A stretch of DNA of 64,000 nt. Source: Octopus vulgaris. Its lineage: Eukaryota. The DNA lies in contig OX597832.1 of NCBI GenBank assembly GCA_951406725.2, positions 13,516,001 to 13,580,000 of the forward strand. The letters run 5' to 3'. The translations under genes and the position numbers were made by a program. Position 1 is the first letter of the stretch. Every line of letters starts with the position of its first letter. Positions 54,771-64,000 of the stretch are shown in pieces. Below the pieces are notes generated by a model that was not told the origin of the DNA, searched no databases, and saw only the letters and a program-made list of their open reading frames with translations.

Positions 54771-55570
54771 CGTAACGTGATGCTGTAACCACAACTGAAC
54801 TAAAGCTTGGACTAATTTACAAATAATTTATAGCTTCATACTAACCATTCTCATACCGATTGTTATCTACGTGATACATCATTTACAAGGCATTAACCAA
54901 ATTAACTTATACTCTGCTCAATTTGCTTGATAATATGATTAATCTTTATGGCGAATACATTCTCCATGTGTCTAATAGTGTACATTTTGTGACATTTGTT
55001 ATATAGCCACATGAGATAATAAGTAGTACATGTAGTTCTCATCTTTAGACAATACAGGCCTCACTACCTCCGTAAAAAGAACATCGCTAATTATTGTTAT
55101 TCGCAGAGGTTCTTTCCCTTCTTTCTGGTGATTATTTGGCACTACGCACTTAAATCCGATTATTTTTCAGATTTTAACGGTTAATTCTTTTAGTCGTTGG
55201 TTTGCGGTTTCAGTCATTGGATATCGAGGAACTGCCTTGAGGGTTTCATATAAACTTAACGAGTCTAAAGCTTTGTTTTAAGCCTCGCCTGTCTGATGGG
55301 ATGTAAACAAACAAATAAACATCTGTAGTTGATTGGTGTAGGAGGCAAAAAGTGACACAGGGACACAGGTAGACTGACAGACAGACGCACACACGCTCAC
55401 ACAGACGTATAATACACACACACACTTTCACAAATACATATATATATATATATATAAAAGGAAATGAAGAAAATGCTGACAAAATAATTTAAGTAATTTA
55501 AGTAATTTAATTAGGTGATGGTTCTTTTTACCGGTTGCGCATTTGTTATGCTTATCAAAAGTTTTTTCCT

Positions 55571-55631
<61 letters not shown>

Positions 55632-56027
55632 GCACATACTTCCACTCAGATTCAGCCTTCAATCACGTAGCTTTGGTCGCCTCTAGGCTAGAACTGAAGA
55701 TAGTTGTCTATTTGTCCAAGGTTCTGGGCAGTGGGACAGGACGTGAACCATGTAGTTACAAAGACGCTTCTCCACTATCAATACTTCCGTCTATCGTCGC
55801 AATGCTTTGTTCTTATTTTTGTTTCACATTTGAGAATGCATCACTATTTTTCAGTTTTGACGCGTCTGTGGTAATTGCAAACTCGGGTATCAAATCAAAC
55901 AATAACTTATTTTAATGACATTTAAATCCATTTCGGTATTATAAAATATCCGGTTCCATCGGCAAAGACAAATATTGTAACTAAGCAAAAGCTATTTTTC
56001 ATTAGTTAAACATTAAAGAATACAATA

Positions 56028-56240
56028 ATTTCTTTCTTTTTCTTCTTCCTTCCTTCCTTCCTTCCTTACTTTCTTTCTTTCTATCCTTCCTTCATTCTTT
56101 CCTTGTTTCTTTCTTTCCTTCTTCCCTTCTTTGTTTCCTTCTTTCTTCCCTTCTTTTTTTCCTTCCTCCCTTCCTTCCTTCTTTCCTTCCCCCTTCTTTC
56201 CTTTTTCCTTCTTTCCTTTTTTTCTCTTTCTTTCTTTATT
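56028..56240. repeat. Polypyrimidine (CTTC/CTTT)n tract
   Basis: Seen directly; explains the K/E/G/R-rich ORFs. Confidence 0.95.
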
Positions 56241-56734
56241 TTGCAGTGGACGCATAGGACACACATCTCCTTTTCAGGAGATTGTTATATTGCATTAAAA
56301 AACTGGTCGCTCATTTAAAAACATTCTCACAGAACGCTTTGTAACCGATAGCTCTCAATGTCAGAGAGCAATTAATTTCCCTTCAATTCATATCATTACT
56401 AATTCGTTCTATGTAAACTATGATATTGAGCACTTCTTTTCGGACAGTGAGTTTTGTTTACTTAAAATGACAAAAAGATAATTTGAGTTACAATAGACAT
56501 TTGCTTATCTAAAATTCCAGCGCACAATGGATAGCCATATCCAAATATGCAACGCCTGACACTGTGAGGGTATGATCACGCTTGTTAAATTCTTGCTAAG
56601 ACTGCCCGACCAACTGATTTGGGAATAAATATGGCCAAATCAACTACGGTAATGATGAATAGTGTGAAAAACAAGTTTTCGGTCGAAACAGATATTCTAC
56701 GCAGAATTAAGTAATGTGTGTTACTTCTGATAGG

Positions 56735-57005
56735 TTTGTGATTTGTGTTCTTGAGCAAGACACTTCATGTCACGTTGCTCCAGTTCACACAGCTGTAGAA
56801 ATGAGTTATGACGTCACTGGTGCAAAGTTGTATTGGCCATTTTCTTTCCCTTGGATAACACAGGCGTGGAGAAAGGAGTCTGGTATACAATGGCGACTGC
56901 TGGTCTTCCGTAAAGAATCTTGCCGGACTTGTGTCTAGGAGGGGAAACTTTCTAGGTGAAATCCCATGGTCATTCATAAACAAAGGGGTTCTTTACCCTC
57001 TACTA
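56735..57005 (+). mobile_element. SINE family C-related copy (same central domain, different tail)
   Basis: gtgttcttgagcaagacactt...cacgttgctccagttcacacagctgtagaaatgagt. Confidence 0.65.
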
Positions 57006-57700
57006 CCTGGAAGGCAATGGGCACTCATATAACTGGAACCAGATTTCAACATTCTCCTTTTTCTACATAAACTTATGAGCTGTAAATATTAAAAAAAATC
57101 GCCACACACACGAGAAATGCAACGTAGTTCGTATCAACTCTAAAATTATCAATGACAGGTAACAGAAGCTTAATGTTAAATATAATCCAATAAGATCATA
57201 TTAGCACGGGAAAACATAATTGTTGGTTAAAATATTTTTTTTTTATTTATTCATTTTGGAACGATGTATTTTTTTTCTTCAGCACTTCCACAGGTTTAAA
57301 TGAGAACAAAAACACATGATCAATATAAACAACCATAATCTCTGAAATTACAACAATCAATTAGCATTTAAGTGTAATTCCCCGGAGCGTCTTTAATACA
57401 TTGTAATGGAATGGAACAACATTTTAAATAAACTATTGTACTCAAAACACATCGGATGTGATTTTGTTTCTAACCTGTTCATGTAGCGACACAATTTAAA
57501 TGGATGAAATGCCGGAGGAAAAACAAAAACACGACAGAGACACTACATCTTCGATCGAGCTGTTAGAGTGAAATATCAGTCAATTATTCTTCAAATCCTA
57601 CATTCTATTTTAAAAGAGGAGAAAATATAGAAGTGGAATACAGAATACATTTTTTAAAAATATTCATTGGATTACCTTATACACATATATCCATAATACA

Positions 57701-58112
57701 TACTCTCTCTCTCTCTCTTTTACTCTTTTACTTGTTTCAGTCATTTGACTGCGGCCATGCTGGAGCACCGCCTTTAATCGAGCAACTCGACCCCGGGACT
57801 TATTCTTTGTAAGCCCAGTACTTATTCTATTGGTCTCTTTTTTGCCGAACCGCTAAGTGACGGGGACGTAAACACACCAGCATCGGTTGTCAAGCAATAC
57901 TAGGGGAACAAACACAGACACACAAACAAAAATATATATATATACATATATACGACAGGCTTCTTTCAGTTTCCGTCTACCAAATCCACTCACAAGGCAT
58001 TGGTCGGCCCGGGGCTATAGCAGAAGACACTTGCCCAAGATGCCACGCAGTGGGACTGAACCCGGAACCATGTAGTTGGTTAGCAAGCTACTTACCACAC
58101 AGCCACTCCTGC
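57701..58112 (-). mobile_element. SINE family A, young copy
   Basis: Essentially consensus. Confidence 0.95.
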
Positions 58113-58382
58113 TGTAAATATCTATTATTTTGCAGGTAATTTAAGGATAAATTTAAGTATAAATGAATTTAGAATGTAGAGTAAAAGAAAAATAGCGTTC
58201 ATTATAACAATATGACGCATATAAATGGAGAGGAAAATAGAGGGCTGTAGTGACTGCTTTGCCATCCTCAATGTACTGTCGTTGAACTAGCAACATTCAG
58301 GCAGAATCAGAATTAGAGAAAATGATATGGCTCTGCATTTTAATCACGGATGTACTCCAAACGAAAGATGGAGGAAAAGAGG

Positions 58383-58505
<123 letters not shown>

Positions 58506-58526
58506 ATATATATATATATATATATA

Positions 58527-58984
<458 letters not shown>

Positions 58985-58992
58985 TATTACTT

Positions 58993-59183
58993 TTCTCTTT
59001 TACTTGTTTCAGTCATTTGATTGCAGCCTTTAGTCGAAATGTTCGACCGTAGGACTTATTCTTTGTATACCTAGTACTTATTCTATCGGGTTCTTTTGCC
59101 GAACTGCTAAGTTAGGGGGGGGTAGACATACCAACATCGGGTGACACGGGATGGTGGTGGACAATCACAAACACACAAGCATA

Positions 59184-59225
<42 letters not shown>

Positions 59226-59431
59226 CCCGCACCATCCCATGTTAACCGATGTTGGTATGTTTACGTCTCCGTATATATATAAATGACGGGATTCTTTCAG
59301 TGTTTGTCTACCAAATCCCCTCACAAGACCTTGGTCGGCCTGAGGTTATGGTAGAAGTCATGCTGTGGGACTAAACCCGGAACCATGTGGTCGGTAAGCA
59401 AGCTACTTACCACCCAGCCATTCCTGCGCCT
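58993..59431 (-). mobile_element. Older SINE-A with internal inverted duplication
   Basis: Tail at 58993, head at 59430; inverted ~50-bp segment at 59222-59272. Confidence 0.85.
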
Positions 59432-59465
59432 ATATTTGTATATGAAGAGAGATAGAGAGAGAGAA

Positions 59466-59506
<41 letters not shown>

Positions 59507-60564
59507 CGGAGACAGCGAGAAAGAAAAGAATGGAGACAAATAATGAGAGAGAAAAGGAGAAAGAATAAATGTTTCAAGACCATTGATTCGATTACTCGAC
59601 CACCAAAACGCAGAGCAGAATGCCAGAAGGAAGTTCAGAAACCGATATATCCGAGTTTCTGGCGAGTTTGCATTCCGATACTGCGAAGTCATCCAATTAT
59701 CAAAACAAGTTGTGTTTAAAATGCAATTTAGTTGCTTTGTCTAGTAGGTCGTGATAGCTTGTAAAATTTCTGTCCGTAGCACACGTACTTTGCTAATGGT
59801 CACAAGTCTCTAATAGACCCCTTGAAATTTTCCTCGTAATATGTTTCACTCCTTTATATGTTAATTACTTTTTAGATCCGAGCTGTTCCAACAGTATTAC
59901 GTTGATGTTCAGTTTGTTATTTCACGTTGTTGAACAAATTACACAGAAACAGCTCATTTCATTGTCAAGAAATAAAAGAAAAATCTTTCAACGTTAAGAA
60001 TCGGACAAGTGGATGATATCCTATCAGATTGTTTCCGTTAAAATTCATTTCTATTATAGAACATAATCTAAGTGCCGAGTTCTTACCGTTGAAAAAGACA
60101 TTAAAAAAAAAAAATGATGTGGAGGTCAGTTCAGTTAATACTCCAAAATGTCAATGACTTTCATTGAAGTGGTTATTCCGGAACAGTGATGTGTGAAGAG
60201 TCCAAATATTAATTAAATTGTTAGCAAATAATTTATCACCTAGTATGATATTCTTTACTATCTTCGATAATTAGGTTCGTCCCTCATGTCTCTGAAGATT
60301 ACAAGCTTATCGAATTCACATTGTCTGGGTCCAAAGGTGACTTATTAGGGCCCATAAAACGTTTCAGGTTACTGTTGGGTAAACCTTCCTATATATACAC
60401 GAGGTATCAAGACGCATATGATTAGTAATAGTCCAGTCAATTTCTTCAATAGAAACTTCTTAATCGAAGCACGGTACGACGCGTATGGGCGATTAGTTCA
60501 TAACAGTTTCCATTGAACATCAGTACTGAGTTCACAACAATTAATATTATATATGAGCCCACAT

Positions 60565-60738
60565 CGCTTGACAACCGATGTTGATATGTTTACGTCCCCG
60601 TAACTGAGCGGTTCGACCAAAAAATCCGATAGAATAAGTAGCAGGCTCACAAAATCCACAGTTTGATTTCTTTTACTAAAAAGGCGGTGTTTCAGCATGG
60701 CCACAGTCAAATAACTGAAAGAAGTGAAAATATAAAAG
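60565..60738 (+). mobile_element. SINE-A 3' half, diverged
   Basis: gcttgacaaccgatgttg...ggcggtgtttcagcatggccacagtcaaataactgaaa. Confidence 0.88.
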
Positions 60739-60763
60739 TACACACACACACACGAACATACAG

Positions 60764-60812
<49 letters not shown>

Positions 60813-60842
60813 AACACAAACGCACACACAAACACACATGTG

Positions 60843-61495
60843 CAGTAAATTCTCGCGGGTGTAATTTTCCACCACCCCCACGCGATATGTGAAAATCCGC
60901 AAATTACAAACAGTACTGTACTCTTTTACTCTTTTACTTGTTTCAGTCATTTGACTGCGGCCATGCTGGAGCTCCGCCTTTAGTCGAGCAAATCGACCCC
61001 GGGACTTATTCTTTGTAAGCCCAGTACTTATTCTATCGGTCTCTTTTGCCGAACCGCTATGACGGGGACGTAAACACACCAACATCGGTTGTCAAGCAAT
61101 GCTAGGGGGACAAACACAGACACAGAAACATATACACACACACTTACATATATATACATATATACGACAGGCTTCTTTCAGTTTCCGCCTACCAAATCCA
61201 CTCACAAGGCATTGGTCGGCCCGGGGCTATAGTAGAAGACACTTGCGCAAGATGCCATGCAGTGGGACTGAACCCGGAAACATGTGGTTGGTTAGCAAGC
61301 TACTTACCACACAGCCACTCCTGCTTAATATGATTCACTCCTTTATATCTTAATTACTTTTTAGATCCGTATATCTTTTTAAAATTATTTTTTATAATTT
61401 GCATATATTTATTTTATTATAAATGCAAAGCAACACCACGTAAGTTTAAGTAATAGACCGTGAGAGGTGAACCACGATATGGCGAGGGATTACTG
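60843..61495. mobile_element. MITE (same family as 18646-19147) split by SINE-A (60918-61324, minus strand)
   Basis: cagtaaattctcgc...aaaatccgc.aa.tacaaacagtactgta | SINE | ttttataatttg.atatatttattttatt...gatatggcgagggattactg. Confidence 0.8.
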
Positions 61496-62165
61496 CGCGT
61501 GTCCCTGTATATATATATATATTAACAAGTGTAGTTTTATAATTTTGTATGCTTTAAACATATTTACAGATGTTTCGGCGTATCCACTGAATTCTGGATA
61601 CTATAAACTGTATTGTGCAAATAGGTGTGAAGATCATAATTATTGCATTAAAAGCAGGTGCAGATATTATATTGAATATATATGAGCCATGACACCTAAT
61701 TCTACATTAAATAAAATCAGTAGTTATCCTCACACTGGGTGGCTAAAAGCGACAGAATTGCTAAGGAATAATAAGCGCAACAATGTATGGATGAGGTAAA
61801 GTGAGTAAATAAAAAAAGGAGAGTGTTTGCTCTTAAACTGAAGTTAACCATTTTTTCCTAGCCCGGGATTACATTTCATGCTACACGCGACGTTAAAAAA
61901 TTAAGAAAATGATGACTAGGTATTCCTCTGAACCACCTTATGAGATATCTTCCCAAACCTGCTACAGGTATTTGACTGCAAGCAGGAATCCGTTATTGAG
62001 GAAAACGTGTTGACAGGAAAACGTATAGATACACATTATATATATATGCAATCATGTTTATAAATAGTAACTCAATGTTTGCATATATTCTCATTATGTG
62101 AAGTAGATTTATCAACGTAAATTAGAAATCAGGTTTAACACGCATATGCACACGAACACACACAT

Positions 62166-62214
<49 letters not shown>

Positions 62215-62219
62215 TTATG

Positions 62220-62269
<50 letters not shown>

Positions 62270-63177
62270 CATACGACTAGAAAGGTATGTATATTTAAGT
62301 GTGTACACACACACACACACACAGACACACACATATATATATATGCTTACATACATACATACTATTATATATGCGTGTATGTACCATGTATGCACTTGTG
62401 CATGAGCATGTGTATCGGTAAGTAAATATATATATATTTATATCGTAAACGCAGACATCACAGATTTGCAAGTAGCCACATCTACATGCATACATGCATA
62501 AACCTACACACACACACACGCATGCACACACATCACACGCATCCGCACACCCATACTCTTACGCCAACACATATATATTAAATGTATAGCGTAATTTGCT
62601 CGTAAATGTAAATTTCGTACGATATAAGAGAATTCACAGTCAGAAATAATGATTGAGAATTTCACGGTAAGCAACATATATACTTCCAGTTATATGAATA
62701 GTGAACATTCCCGAGAGCTGAAATACATGTTTATCTGATTAAATTGTTGTATTGTTGGCTTTAAATGCTCCCATAAATTTTGATTACTTGACAATGAATC
62801 TATATTATGTGATAGAACTTCCAGCTGCTGCATGGGTTAGAACTGCCATTAACCGAGAAGATATTGTGTTTACTCATACATATGAAGTGATAAATACTCG
62901 AATTTCTTCGATAGTGCTTTTTACAAATCATGCTTTCATTGAAATTTACTGTTTCACTGATTATCACATTCCGATGTGTTGATAAGCTAAACATATTTAT
63001 TTCTCTCTTTACGCCATATACATATGCATTACAAAAGTACTGAAATAAGTATTGTTTAATATAACATTTCGGAGAATGATTGAAGTGGTGTAAAGCAATA
63101 GGAAAGCCGAGATAACACTTGTCGAAGATCCGGTTTTAATTCCAGCACTCAGCAAATAATTCTGGGTTCAATATATA

Positions 63178-63409
63178 TTTCTTTATTGCACACAAGGGGC
63201 TAAACATAGAGGGGACAAACAAGGACAGACAAAGGGATTAAGTCGATTACATCGACCCCCTGTGCGAAACAGGTACTTTATTTATCGACCGCGAAATGAT
63301 GAAAGGCAAAGTCGACCTCGGCGGAATTTGAACTCAGAACGTAACGACAGACGAAATACCGCTAAGCATTTCGCCCGGCGTGCTAACGATTCTGTCAGCT
63401 CGCCGCCTT
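63178..63409 (-). mobile_element. SINE family B, full-length young copy
   Basis: Sense: aggcggcgagctgacagaatcgttagcacgccggg (A box)...ctgagttcaaattccgccg (B box), body gactttgcctttcatc..tcgataaataaagtacc, tail ...ccccttgtgtgcaataaagaaa. Confidence 0.92.
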
Positions 63410-64000
63410 TATCCTGGTTTCAATATAGCAAAATGACTATCGCCGAACTGAATGTATCCGTTGTCTGGTCTCCCAAATATGTGTATACCATGATAGATAA
63501 TGTATACATTAATATATATTTCTTTTTACTCGAAATACCGAGTTTGTGCTCAAATCTTACGCCACATGATGTCGCCAGTAATATATTATAAAACAATGAT
63601 AGACTGCATAAAGGACTTGATCATAACGCATTAGTGGTGAATTGATATTTTGGACACTAACTACAAATGATGATACGTTAATTACATTATTTGTATGTGG
63701 CGGACATATGTCCTCATCTTTATTTGTTGCTAACAAGATGAGGACAAATATCCGTCAAATGTAAATGATATAAATTATTTATCTAATCCCGCATCTCTTT
63801 TAAATATCTAACTGTACAAATAATGATGTATAAGAGAGGAAATAAGACGACTTGTTTTAGGTGTTCGAACACTAGCAATTTCACACGGTTGATGGGACAT
63901 TGAAACTTTTTCTTTTTTGGCGGCAGTACCTTTTTGGTGCTGGACGTAAATATACCCAAGTTCGGAGGAATATACACCTGCTGATAGAGAGTAATAGAGA

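Noticed and set aside
60240-60470. Minus-strand 'IEEIDW...PNKSP.GPDNV' LINE-like motif, and YLG-containing ORFs at 45055-45363 and 50755-51000
   Set aside because: Too degraded to assign without an HMM search.
61560-61605. Minus-strand gtatcca..tggatac-gcc-GAAAC hammerhead-like half
   Set aside because: No CUGANGA box or stem I upstream.

Overview
AT-rich, repeat-saturated animal genomic DNA, intergenic or deep intronic, with no confidently identifiable host protein-coding exon. Almost every ORF in the supplied track is an artefact of (TA)n, (CA)n or (ATCT)n microsatellites or of SINEs. From recall, not a search, the SINE families and microsatellite load match an Octopus (coleoid cephalopod) genome. 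The window holds the open 3' end of a Penelope-like element (GIY-YIG endonuclease) followed by a minimal hammerhead-ribozyme motif, and several decayed Penelope RT/EN fragments. It also holds R4/Dong-like, CR1/L2-like and RTE LINE fragments, three mariner transposase remnants, two Helitrons and two copies of a TA-target MITE. About 30 copies of three tRNA-derived SINE families are present, called A, B and C here. The most notable signals are a U3-A8 variant hammerhead (552-591), a Penelope/Dong RT chimera in frame at both junctions (27.7-29.2 kb), a LINE whose 3' tail matches the SINE-A tail, a 44-bp locally templated filler at a SINE 5' junction, and modular sharing between SINE families.
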